From contig NC_059434.1 of assembly GCF_021028975.2 (NCBI RefSeq), forward strand, positions 88,660,001 to 88,724,000: DNA of 64,000 nt. The letters run 5' to 3'. The translations under genes and the position numbers were made by a program. The notes below the pieces were generated by a model that did no database searches, was not told the DNA's origin, and was given only the letters and a program-made list of their open reading frames with translations. Of this stretch, positions 52,701-64,000 are shown piece by piece (the first letter of the stretch is position 1; each line of letters starts with the position of its first letter). This DNA comes from Sphaerodactylus townsendi. Lineage: Eukaryota.

Positions 52701-54943
52701 CCGTCATTCACACAGCATCCGAGAAAGTATTCGTGATTTCATGCGTTCAGAGCCACCAGGAGGGAGTCGCAGCAGCCGCCGCATCTAAATTCAATGGGCA
52801 AATTCTGCAACGAAGGTTGTCTTTGTTGGATAGTTTTGATGGTGCTGGATAAAGCTTCATTCTCCGGCTTCGAATCTTGGAAGCCAGCGCTCTTAAGGCT
52901 TGGAGAATCAAGCGGGCACCGCGGCGAGAGTCTTCAATCTTGCAAATCCAAAAGAGTCACTTAACTGTCGGTTGTTGCCCCATCCAGACTGGAGCCGATG
53001 TCCCGTATTTTTTCGCTCAGACCGGGTATAAATCATCATAGTCTTCCAAGTGGGTATTGAGTTGCAAAATAAAGTAGTGAAGTTTTAGCCGCAGCGTCCC
53101 ATCCAAAAGCGGGCCGGTATCGGGGCCTATAGTAACCCCCCCGCTCCACGGCTCTTACTGCAGGGCGGCGCGGTTGCTGGCTGAGTTAAGCAGGTTAGCA
53201 GGCAGCCAACTGCTGCACGGGAGGGCCGAGAATCGGGGGCGCTGGCTGTGGCTGATGGCGTTAAAGTGGCAGGACCCAGGCACATTGGCCTCCTGTTCCG
53301 AGCATTATCAGTAACAGCATAGACTCCAACTTGCAGGGCTTCCCTGGTCTGTTGCACCTCCCTTAGCTCCCTTTCCAACGCAGTCAGTTCCCTCTCCTCA
53401 TGCGGGTCATCGCATCCTGGTGGCGCATGCAGAGCAGCTTTTCTCTCGCTCCACTTTAGCCAGTTCGGCCCCGGGCGAAGCTGCAGTGAGCTCACTTTGC
53501 GGCGCAGGGCTCCGTTGAAGCGGCTTCGCTGCTGTCGGGCAAATCCAGTCTGGAGTGTTTCAGGACTTTATCATGGACTTGCTGGTGATTCTGGAGGCAT
53601 ATTGTCGTTGAGTTTATCTTTGGTAACGCGGTCCAACTTCGGAAGCTGACCTTCTTTGCGCTGCCGCTCCCGTCCCTCTCTGCAGGTTTCGCCATTTGCC
53701 AGTAACTGTGCCCGCTCCTCCTCCCATAGCTGACGCTCACGGGTCCATGCTTCTTGGAGCATCTCGCGAAGTCGCCCCACTTCCTCATCCCAGGTCTCCT
53801 TCGATGGAGAGAGGAACAGATCCGGCGCTGGGAGCGCAGGCTTCTTCTTCGGACTCTTAAATGCGTCATTCGGAAGGGGAGACATCGGAGACACCGTTAC
53901 CGGTGGCTCCCTCAGGCACCTTTACGGTGCGGCTGCTGACCCGGGTCAGGGGTCCATTGGAAGACAGTACGGATACCCCTCCCAATCCCAGGTTTAGATC
54001 CCAGTGTCCTTTGGACGGGCCCCAGTTAACATTGTGCCACAGTGGTTCTTGGGGAGCATCACCAAAATACCGAGGTCCAGGGAACCGCTCAATGTTGACT
54101 CTTGCCGTTTGTTGCCGCATCGAAGGTGGCCGAGCCCGTCTCCTCCATGACAGAGTTGCATCCTGAGGTTTGTAATCCACACCAAAAAACGGTAGAGATC
54201 CATCCACAGGCCTTCCATCCATAGGACAGGCTCCCCAAACGACTCATGTAGGTCCCCATGAGTGCGCCGCCACGCCCCTCGCTCCAACGGAGTAAGCAAG
54301 GAGGAACTCCGTATGATCACGAGGACGGAGAAGAAGTCACCAGCGAGGAGCCCGCCTCTCCCGCCGGGTTCCTCCAGATCCAGAAGGGGAAAGGTCGGAG
54401 CTCTCTTAGCCAAGACTACCGCGACCTTCGTAGGTAACATTCCAACCTCTCCATGTCGAGACACTAGAGGTCCACTGTACTAGTAAGATAGATGGATTAA
54501 GGATTCCTGCCACAATGTAAGGAATTCCATAGAAGCAGAAATAAAAGGCTCTTTGGTGAAAAAGACCGTTTATTCAGACATCTTAGAAAGCTCAAGTACA
54601 CGCAGAGTGGCTTGGGAATGACACTTCCCGCCAGAAGCACAGGTTATAACTCTATTCATCCCATCCCCCTTCCTGCTTCCATGATAAACGGAGACCTCAT
54701 CTCCCGCGCAGAGATAAGGTCTCCGCCGATGAAGCTGGCCCATCGCCCGGGCCGTGGAATGCACTCAAGGTTACTTTACCATCAACACCATTGAAACCCT
54801 TACACCCTCAGAGCCACGGCCAGCATAACATGGTTAGGGGCTCCGCCCCAGTCCTTCCCAGTGGACAGAAATTCCATGCATCACTCCCTGAAAAATAACA
54901 CAGCTGCAGGGCTTCCATCCCAAAGCACGCACCCACCCACCCA

Positions 54944-55011
<68 letters not shown>

Positions 55012-58000
55012 CACCCCATCCCTCCAAAGCTGGATACAGAGTGGCCCCACAGGAATTCGCTTCTTACTCCAAGGTGGATGGAGAACGGCCCGCAGGGCCC
55101 TTGCCGTGAAGGGTCCTTCTCATCGGAGGACAGGAGGACACCTTGCTGGGTGAGGCAGGAAATCATTTCCTGGCGTCCTTCCTCCTGCAGGAGTCACCCT
55201 TGGCTCAGCTCCGTAAGCAGTTTATCTAATCCTGAAACTTGTCAACAAATGTCAACTAACTTTAAAAGCATTAACTCACAGGTAGAATCAACAGAAACAG
55301 TGAAGGTACGTAAACAGGTAAGTGAAGAAGTCATAGAACAAACATAGTAAAGGAAAGGCTCTGAAATGTAGAGGATTCTGACCATGACCACAGGAGGGCC
55401 AAGATGTCCTCCTGGCCTCTGATGAGAAGGAGCCTTCATGGCAAGTGTCCAATGGGCCATTCTCATCGGAGGCGGACACCTTGCTGGGACACCCCCTCCC
55501 CCCGCCGAGCAATGTTCTTTAAATGGGTGATTCTCCAGCATTGCCTGCAACACCCTTCCACCCAGTGCAGTATCTGAAGAATGGCGTTTATTGATTTCAT
55601 GGTGTCTGATGAAAGATGATAGGGAGGACCAGGTGGCCACACACTTTCCACTGAGGCCTGTCTTTTGAAGCCTCCATTAGCTGCCACACTCCTCGGACAT
55701 TTTTTGTCCCTCATTGGGTGGAGATACTGAAATGAACAGTGCTCCTTAGACGTCCTGTCCTGGTAAGGAAACCCTTCCGTCCTCAACAGACATCCAGCCC
55801 CTGCCAGGTGACTTCCTGTGGGTGTTTGGGATCTGGATGGAACGAAGGGAGGTCTACCTCTGTGGGCCTCAAGGCAAAAGGTAGGGCCCAGAGGGAGCAG
55901 GATCTGTCCTTGGGGAAAATGTAGAGGTCTCTTCTCATGGGCTCCATGTTCCGAAGCCCTTCTAGTTGAGGTTCTTGCGGTGAGGAATAGAGCTTTCATC
56001 CTGAGGAATTTTGACGGAACAGCGGTTGGTTAGAACATTAAGAGTTTAGGCTCCTCCATGAAGGAATGCCATGAATGGGGGGGGGGGTGTCCTTATCAGT
56101 GGCTCCCTTGAGGAAGCACAAAATTAGAGGATGTTGAGAAGGAGGAAAACCTTTGAATATGGTAACACTGTAGCTGGTGCTGCGATTGGCCTTTCAAGGG
56201 TGCTAGCTCTCAGCCCCTTTTCTCCTCTTTCGTGGAGAAATGGTTGCACGTGTTGCAATTCTGGACTAGTGCTGGTGACATGTTTTCCTGTGACACCAAC
56301 GGCACTGGAAATCAGCAGCCCCAGTAAAGCCAATAAGGCCATCGGTGGAGGATGCTTGCTGCTGAGTACCGCGGAAGACAGTTCCTTGGTCTTGGCAATC
56401 TTCCTCTCTGGGAGCACGAACTGGTTGGTGGCTGTCCCAATTAATACCCCCAGATGCTCTAGAGTCTGCAAAGATTACAGGCGACTCTCGGACACGTTGA
56501 CTAGAAATCCAAATTCCTGAAGAGTGCTGCTGACAACCTGCGTGTCCTCAAATAAGCCTGTCGTCCATGAAAGGATGTCGTTTGTTCTCCTTTTCCCTCA
56601 GCCTGATGATGGGATGGAAGAGCATCTTGGAAAATACTGTGCGTGCCGTGGCGAGGCTGAACAAAAGCGCAAAATTGGAAGGGAAGATCAGCCACGCAGA
56701 ACCCAAGGAATCTGCGGTGACTGCGATCCATTGGTACATGGAGATAAGCTTCTGTCAGATCTGCAGACAGGAGAAATTGTAGGGTTGTAGGGATTCTGAG
56801 TTGTTCTAGGGCTGTAGGGATTCTGAGAAGTTCTGAAAAGTTTCCATGTGGAAGTGTTTGGTCCTGGTGAATCTATTTATGAATTTGAGAACTAGTATTA
56901 TATGCCAATTTCTGTTTTTCTTCTGTACTGTGAAAAAAAAAATAGAATAGATGCCAGATCCCCTCTGCAAAGGAGGTACCAGTTCTATGGCCTTGCTCTG
57001 CAGAAGGTGTTGTACTGGCTATTTGTTTCTGAATCGTTGGAGAAAATTATTTGAAAATTGGGAGGGAAAGAGGTGATCCAGTGGGGTCCAATAAAATACT
57101 GTTGAATATCCCTGAGTCACTATTTCTAGTGTCCATGCATTGGTTTGGGTGCTGACCCATTTGTCCTGAAGTCCCATTGTTTGGCCTGTTTATTGTTCTT
57201 ATCTTCTTTGTCAACTCTGTGAAAGTTGTTTCTGGGAAACCTGGGGTTGAGGTGGTAGAGCACACCTTGATTGCCATAATCGTCGCCTCCTGGGCCTTGC
57301 AGAGTGCTTTTTGTCTAGACTGCCCTGTAAGTTACCAGCTCCATCCTCTGAGACGAGTCCAGAAGATTGTAGGGTTGCTATGGGAGCATCAGTCAGTGGA
57401 ACCTGGAAAAACTGGTTAGTAGAAGAGGGTGAGGCATAAAGCTTTCTGGCATAGGCTGGGAGGTGTCTGTTAGACATGGGATTAGCCTGTTCAGATTTAA
57501 TCTGTTCTTCTAGGTGTTCCAGCATAGGAAACAGACATATCTGTCCTGGGGGAAAAACTCCTTGATGCCCTCAGGGCGTTTTTTCTCTTTGGGAGCAGAG
57601 AGCTGATTTCCCCGCCTTCCCCTCGTTTTTCTTGCAGCTCAAGGGCTTGCAAGGTTTGGGAAGCAAGTTATGTACAGTCACCTGCTTTAAAGGACCTGGT
57701 GGCAGGTTCAGGTGATTCCATTTCAAAGAGGTGAGGGGTGCCTACCAGATTAGGATTAAAGTCAGATATCAGCTCAGCAGTAGCAGAATGGAGTGTGCCA
57801 GACAGTGGCCCCTGCTGTTTGCAAAACACTTTCTTCTTCCCTCATGGATTTCCTCACGAAGGCTGTGAGAACCGGAGGAACTTCATAGTCATTGTGAATT
57901 TGGGAGGATCTGAAGGTAACTGCTGCCTCTTTGTGGCTGGGGGTAGGAACGCGGACGGTCCTCCCGGCCACTTCCTGCTCCTGGCTGACCTGAAGGGCGT

Positions 58001-61000
58001 AACTCCCCATCAGAGCAAAGGAGCGATTCGGAAACAAGGTGGCCGCCAGCTTCTCCTTGAGTGCTGAGGCTATATCTGGGCTCGTCTTCTGCACACCTCT
58101 TTTTGGCTTGAGCTGCAGTTGAGGGCATTTCAGCTGGCTCTGTTTGGGTGGAGACCCGCATCTCACCAGCTGACACCGAGTCCTCGCGCTCTCCCTCACT
58201 GCATGGCTCTTCTTCATGATCGGAGCAGAGGCTTCCCCCATCAGAGCGGCTCATGACTTGAGCGGCAGTAAGGCACGCTCACCAAGTCAAGAGTTGCGAT
58301 CTCCAGGCTGCTGGCCCTGTCAGAAGAGAAAGGCTGGGGGGGAGGTAGCCATACAAAAAACAGGAGTGATGGCCTAAGGACTGAGTAAACTGAATCAACA
58401 AAAGAATAGATTTGAAAGAGGTGGAAGGAAGCAATAGAACAGCGGCTGAAGGAGGTAAAAACCAACTGCTAGTTCTAATCTAGAATAGCGAAGGGCTACG
58501 CTGTGGGTGCTCTCCCTCTGGAGGCAGGAAAAGGGCTGAGGCAAGAAGGAAGCAAGAAAATAAATCCCTGCCTCCCTGATTGGATGGTGGGAATCACCCA
58601 GCAAGATGTCCTCCACCTCTGAAGAGGGCTGCCTTGTTCAAAATGAGGGGAAGCCAGGAAAGAGTGGCAGAGACAGGAAGCCCTCCACCCCCACCCCCCA
58701 AATCACACACGCAGGCTTGGGGAAGGTACCGAAATGGCTGCTCTCCAGGCCGTGACAGCGCCCGTGGAACATGAACCAATGGCTGATTCTTCAGATGAAC
58801 TGAAGTCCTTGCAATGCTAAGGAAGGAANNNNNNNNNNNNNNNNNNNNNNNNNNNNNNNNNNNNNNNNNNNNNNNNNNNNNNNNNNNNNNNNNNNNNNNN
58901 NNNNNNNNNNNNNNNNNNNNNNNNNNNNNNNNNNNNNNNNNNNNNNNNNNNNNNNNNNNNNNNNNNNNNNNAGACAGCACCTGGGACATCTCTAGACTTG
59001 GCCTGGCAGTGACATGTGCTCGAGGTGGTTCCCTGGCACCTGACACCACAGCGGTTCACAAAAGAAAATATATGCAGCAACGAAAGCAAACTCAATCTGC
59101 AACTCAGAAAGAATTCAGACAACTCAGGACCCTGAGCTGTCCTTGGAAAGGCTAAGCAGCTCTTACCACCATACCCTGCCCTTTAGAGCCCTGTACAGTG
59201 GTTCTTGTCTCACAACAACCTTCTGAGGTTGGTTTGGGTAAGGGAGAGGAGTGATTGGCTCAAGGTCACTGAGTTAATTCCAAGGCTAAGTGGGAATTTG
59301 AACCCAAGGCCCCCAGGCTGCAGTCCTGGTTCTCACCCCCCACCCCCACCCCCACCCCCACCGAAAAGCCTGACCTTGAAAAGACCCGTCCAGAGACTCA
59401 AGCAGAGCCAGGCAAACAGTGGCCAGAGACGGCCTGCAGATCAACTTCTCTCCAGAGGGGAGGGGTCTGCTGCAGGACCCCCATCCCAGCTTGCAGTGGT
59501 ACAGCCAGAGTGGACGGGGACCTTTTGGGAAACCCCTCCCTCCCTCCCTCCCAAATGGCAGCAGCAGGAAAAGAAGAACCAGCGGTGGCTGGAGGGCCCA
59601 ATCCGGGTCGCCCCCTCACGCTTCGTGGCGCCTCTTCCACTCACTCATGTCGTAGAAGTGCTGCCAGAAGGCCTCCATCCAGCGCTGCGTCTCTGCCCGG
59701 TTCTCCGCCTGGAGCGTGTGGGTCACCTCCTCTGCCCCGTAGTGGTTGGTGATCAACATGCTCTGCGAATGGTTCTTGGGGTCCCGCTCCATCACCCGGA
59801 TGCGTGTCTCCTGCGGGTGCAAAGAGGTCTTAAGGGCAGGAGGGGCCCCCTTTCTTGGAGCAGGCCCAGCCTCCCCCACAGGCTCGGAGCCTGCGTGTCG
59901 TGTGGGGGGCATCCATTTGGCTGCTGGGTGTTCTGGAAGCCTGTGGTGGGCAGGGGGGGCAAGGGTCACACGCGGAGTGGTGTGCAAGGCGGTCTGAGGC
60001 CATTCGTGCTCCCCGCCCACGACACAGCACTCCCCCTCCCCTCCCAGGCTGCCCCGGGTGCTCCGCATCACCCTAGCAGCGGAACAGCCCCCACTCGGCA
60101 CACAGAAGGTCCCGCGGTCCGCCCTGGGGACAGGCAGCGGGGGATCAGGCCCTGGAGTGAGCAGGCGGAGCGCCCTCCGCCCGTGGGCTGGTTCACTGAC
60201 CTTGCTGATGGTGATGGTGAAGGCCGGCTCCACGGGGGTTTCGGCATCCTGGGGGTGGTGGTAGCAGAGCAGTTTGGGGCCACGCAGGACGCAGAAGAGC
60301 CGGAGCCAGCCCGGCTGCTCCCCTGGCTGCAGAGAAGGCACGTGGGGAGAGGCAGTCGGCCAGCAGCTCCCGCGAGGAGGAGGAGGAGGAGGAGGAGGAG
60401 GAGGAGGGCCGGCTTCCCCTGTTCCTTCCAGAACGCCTCACAAGCCCCCCACGGCCACCCACAGCCCTTGCCCATGACGGAAGGGGCGGTCGACATGCTC
60501 ACTTCAGGCCGGCCTGCGCTGCTGCTGCTGGCTGCCAACTCCCAAGCAAAGCTGCACCCACGCATGGCTAGATGTGGCGCTACCACTGTGACACGGCAGC
60601 CCTTTGCCACTGGACTGCCTTGTCCAAACCGGCACGTCTGCTGGAGGCTGGCAGGCTGCCACATGAGAGAGTAGCACCTGGCAAGGGGCGGGTGCAGTCG
60701 GGCAGCAGACCCCGCCGGAAAGCGGCACCCGCGCAGCCCACCTTGATGTGGCAGCTGACCAAGCGGAGCCTCACTTTCTGTCCTTTTCTTGCATTTGTTG
60801 ACAAGCTCTGGCTGCTCCACAGACCTTAAACGTTGCCACTGAGCCCATCCTGGCTGCCCTGAGCCTGCCTTCCCCCCTGCAGGGAAAACGAAATCGCTCC
60901 CCCTCTGCTGTGGATGTTTCACTAGAGTAGCCAGGCAAATGTTGAAACTGGAGGATCATTACCTCCAGTTCTCCATCATTACCTTAGTTCTCCGAGTTGG

Positions 61001-62204
61001 GACTTTCCCTCATTATCTCTCAGTGTGTGGACAAGATGCAGCCCCCAGGGAAAGACCCGGACTTCACGGCTTGGGCCCACCCAAAAGGAAGAGCTTTTTT
61101 CCTCTGGTCCGGGGCGTTTATCACCTCCGCTCTCACCCCTTGATCCAAGCCAGCAGCCCCCGAGAGACCAGGGCGTTCAGTGTGCAGCCTTTTAAGAGGC
61201 AGAGCCCCCATTGTCAGAAACAAGAGCATTTATTCTGGGCGGCCCAAAAATACCCCAGAAATCTAGCTGGTCTCCAAGATGCTGCAGGTGAGCTGCTCCG
61301 CTCTCCTCCTCTGGGGTTTCTCTGATCTCCCTGCCTCAAGAGGAAGAGACGTCTGGCTTCCTAAGGCTCCGCCCCTTGAGGCGGGAGGTTCTAGCAAGGT
61401 GAGAGACAGCAGAGCCTTTCTTTTTCCACCTGTTATTTGCTCAGGGGCTGCTGGAGGGCTCGGTCTGCCGGGGGGGGGGGGGATGGGGGGATGGGCAGGG
61501 AGGCGTCACTCCCAGGCCTTGTCCTTTCTGCCCACTAGATTTTTGCAGAAGAGCTCCTGTGAAATGGACACAGGGCAACCCAACTCAGGGTATCAACCTC
61601 ACTTGTTGCTATGCCCAGAGAGGACATGAATGTGGCTTGGTTGGGCCAGGCCCCAGAATGGCAGCGGGGGGTGGTGGTCCTGGGCTGGAGAGCCTTCAGA
61701 AAGGTGGGGTGGCTGCCTTGAGAGGGCTCATCAGGCCCACAAGCCAGCTGAGGCATGCCCCCCCCTGCCCCCCGTCACCAGGCCAGACTGGGAGAGCGGG
61801 GAAGGGGTGTTGTCTCAGCTGGCTTGTGCGCCTGTCTGATAAGCCCCCTCAAGGGCCACATCCAGGCTGCCTGTTTGACCCCACCACCCACCACCCGGTC
61901 AAACTATTGGAGTGGCCTCCAGAGTGTGTTTCTCCACAGCTACAACCAAGAAGGAAATGCAGGGGAGCAAGTGGGGGAGGAGGGAGGGGAACACCCCCCC
62001 CCCTCTGCTGGAACACAGGCAGCAACGGAGGCTGCAGCAGGTAGCATGTGAGGCAAGGAGGGCACTGCTCCACACCCGGAGCCTCCCCCCCACTCACCTG
62101 CACCCTGAGAAAGCTGCCCATCATCTGGTGGACCATGCAGCGGGGCTGGGCAGCAAGTCGGCAGCAGACACTTCCGTACAGGGGCAGCCAAAACGAGCTC
62201 TCCT
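46701..62204 (-). CDS. RTKN: Rhotekin, last five coding exons (PH domain and C-terminal tail); the 5' part lies beyond the window
   Basis: Exons (minus): 62204-62098, 60326-60201, 59810-59645, 48632-48528, 47089-46701, phases consistent. Motifs FWLPLYGSVCCRLAAQP, QRWMEAFWQHFYDMSQWKRCCDELMKVE, KQGSLYHE, AIEPADDIEAVTEIL, RPRTLSLDA and the PDZ-binding-like end WLQSQV. Syntenic with WDR54. Confidence 0.94.
48754..54804 (-). mobile_element. Ty3/Gypsy LTR retrotransposon, Tf1/sushi type, copy 2, in an RTKN intron
   Basis: LTRs 48754-49056 and 54516-54804 (TGTAAG...CTTACA). Perfect TSD ccctc at 48749-48753 and 54805-54809. PPT aaagggaggcagag next to the 3' LTR. Integrase GPFRI...IHPVFHSSLLK. Colinear with copy 1, except for a ~0.4-kb deletion near 50800. 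Confidence 0.95.
54929..55012. repeat. (GCAC)n / (CCAC)n tetranucleotide microsatellite
   Basis: acccacccacccacgcacgcacgcac... tandem array. Confidence 0.95.
55081..58626 (-). mobile_element. DIRS1-like tyrosine-recombinase retrotransposon, degenerate and internally deleted
   Basis: ITRs 55133-55153 vs 58594-58614 (20/21 match). ICR at 55400-55488. Remnants of gag (KLY..F.VP..DAPIATL..SLDKK), RT (HRRFLGF..FQFCA, LATARTVFSK, PFMDD), the RT-RH linker (LEHLGVLI..LPERKI) and YR (KALFLTARTSTRRASEHGA). Confidence 0.85.
58829..58971. other. Assembly gap (143 N)
   Basis: Run of N; the left flank ends in aaggaaggaa. Confidence 0.99.
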
Positions 62205-62879
62205 CTGGAAGACAAGAGGGAGCAGGGGGGGCTGGCATCAGGCAGGGAGCAGCCAGGAGGGGCCCAGAGCTGGGCGGGGCGGTGGGGGGCGGGCAGGGAG
62301 ACAGGCGGGCCTTCAGGAGAAGAAAGCCAGTGGGTCAGTGTGGACTCACAGGCTCCGGAAGGCAGCAGCCCTTGGAGGCATGAGAGCCTCTGAGGCAGGC
62401 CAGGGGAGGAAGAGCCCTCGGGGAAGAACCACCCCGCCCGGCTTTCATGCACGCCAGTTGCTGGACGCTAAAGGGGGTGAGGGTGGGGGGCGTGGCTCTT
62501 CTGGAATCAGCTCCCGACAGCTCCAGTTAAATGAGGGTCACACAAAAGGAGGCCTCGGTGGCCTCAGGTTGCAAGGCCTGGCTGAGCAAGGCTGCTAAGG
62601 AGCCGGTGTTTTGGAGGATGTTGGTTCAGAGGGCCGCCATGAGTCGGAAGCAACTTGGTGGCACTCGGCATACACACAACACACACAAAGCAACGGATGA
62701 GGTGAAAGACTTTGACTCGAGACCTTGCAGGGCTGCTGCCGCTCAGAGCAGGCGAACAGTTCTGACAACAAGGTACTTCATTAAAGATTTCCGGAATAAG
62801 CCAAGAAGTGGGAGGAAGGGCACTCCTGTGGACTGGAGCAGGTCAAACAGCAAGAAGCTGAGAGCTGGCATAAAGCGAC

Positions 62880-63976
62880 AATCCCTGCCCGGGAGGGAAG
62901 AGGGAAGCCAGCTCCCACAAGGGTCAGGACTGGGACCACCAACGTTTTATTTGTTCACAAATGTTCTGGATTTGGGACTTAATAGTTTAGCAGCCAAGTT
63001 TGCAGAGGATACCAAATGGCTCAGGATGGTAAAACCCAAAGTGGATTGTGAAGAGCTACAGGAGAATCTATCCAGACTGGGTGAGCGGCCAGCAGTGCGG
63101 CAAAGAAAGTCCAGTGCTGGTAAGTGGAAGGTGATACAGATTGGAAGGAAAAAATGCCAACTTTAAATACAGGCGGCTGGGTTCAGAATTGGCTGAGACC
63201 AAGACTGGGAGAAATCTTGATGACTCAGAGTGCAAACTCCGTGCGGAGGATTATCGAGAAAGGAGCTGAACATAGAACGGCCAAGGTTGAAATGAACATA
63301 AGAACATAAGAACAAGCCAGCTGGATCAGACCAGAGTCCATCTAGTTCAGCTCTCTGCTACTCGCAGTGGCCCACCAGGTTCCTTTGGGAGCTCACGTGC
63401 AGGAGGTGAAAGTAATGGCCTGCTGCTGCTGCTGCTCTGGAGCACCTGGACTGTTAAGGCATTTGCAATCTCAGATCAAGGAGGATCAAGATTGGGAGCC
63501 ATAGATCGACTTCTCCTCCATAAATCTGTCCAAGCCCCTTTCAAAGCTATCCAGGTTAGTGGCCATCACCACCTCCTGTGGCAGCATCTTCCAAACACCA
63601 ATCACACGTTGCGTGAAGAAGTGTTTCCTTTTATTAGTCCTCCTGGCACCCACCAGCAAGGCAGGGTCCGGCTGCTCTGGGACCAGGTCACCGGCAGGAG
63701 CTGGAAATAGCAACCAGAAGGGGCTGGAAAAGGGTATGCCTCAGCACTCCTGAATGGGTTGCTCCAACGGACTAGCAGTCCATTAGTGGCTACTAGCCAC
63801 AGCCATGGTGACTAAAGGGAACCCCTGCATCTGGAGGCCACGCGAGACGAAGGCCTCAGGCTCTGTGCCCGCCGGTTGTTGGCCCTCCAGATGAACAGGC
63901 TGGCCCGTTTGTGAGACGGGATGCTGGGCTGGACAGATGTTCACTGCTGTGATCCAGCAAGGCTGTTCTTATGTTC
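62880..63976 (+). mobile_element. Older CR1 LINE fragment (plus strand) interrupted by a younger CR1
   Basis: LPQGSGLGPPTFYLFTNVLDLGLNSLAAKFAEDTKW... RT remnant, with a 3' tail gatccagcaaggctgttcttatgttc at ~63950-63976. Confidence 0.7.
63294..63638 (-). mobile_element. Young CR1 3' end fragment
   Basis: Nearly identical to 31409-31753 (aacataagaacaagccagctggatcagaccagagtcc...gaagtgtttccttttattagt). Confidence 0.92.
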
Positions 63977-64000
63977 CCATGCAGGGTTCCCATGTGGAAC

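Noticed and set aside
59205-60674. 489-aa plus-strand ORF
   Set aside because: Antisense shadow across RTKN exons, introns and a SINE, with no recognisable motifs.
61327-61387. 13-bp inverted repeat hairpin in an RTKN intron
   Set aside because: The stem is too short and the loop too large for a pre-miRNA, and there are no snoRNA boxes.

Overview
Vertebrate genomic DNA, GC-rich with many G/C homopolymer runs. The repeat content (CR1, Squam/Sauria-type SINEs, hAT MITEs, Penelope, DIRS) points to a squamate, probably a gecko. Five spliced protein-coding genes were reconstructed by hand with GT-AG junctions and consistent reading phase. They are an RDH11/12/13-DHRS13-type SDR (-, 6 exons, 327 aa), C2orf81 (-, 3 coding exons, 486 aa), WDR54 (+, 9 coding exons, 338 aa; head-to-head with C2orf81), a RHOBTB1/2-like atypical Rho GTPase (-, 9 exons, 676 aa), and the last five exons of rhotekin RTKN (-). 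The order C2orf81-WDR54-RTKN matches human 2p13.1, with the RHOBTB and RDH genes as extras. Mobile DNA includes two copies of a chromodomain-bearing Tf1/sushi-type Ty3/Gypsy LTR element, each with both LTRs (one nested in a hAT element, one in an RTKN intron). There is also a DIRS element with ITR+ICR architecture, young and old CR1 LINEs, hAT MITEs, Penelope remnants and a 143-N assembly gap. The best leads are a tRNA-independent self-priming signature in the LTR family, a probable fourth RHOBTB ohnolog lost in mammals, and an X-box/CRE/X-box bidirectional promoter. I see no evidence of a wholly new biological system beyond these.
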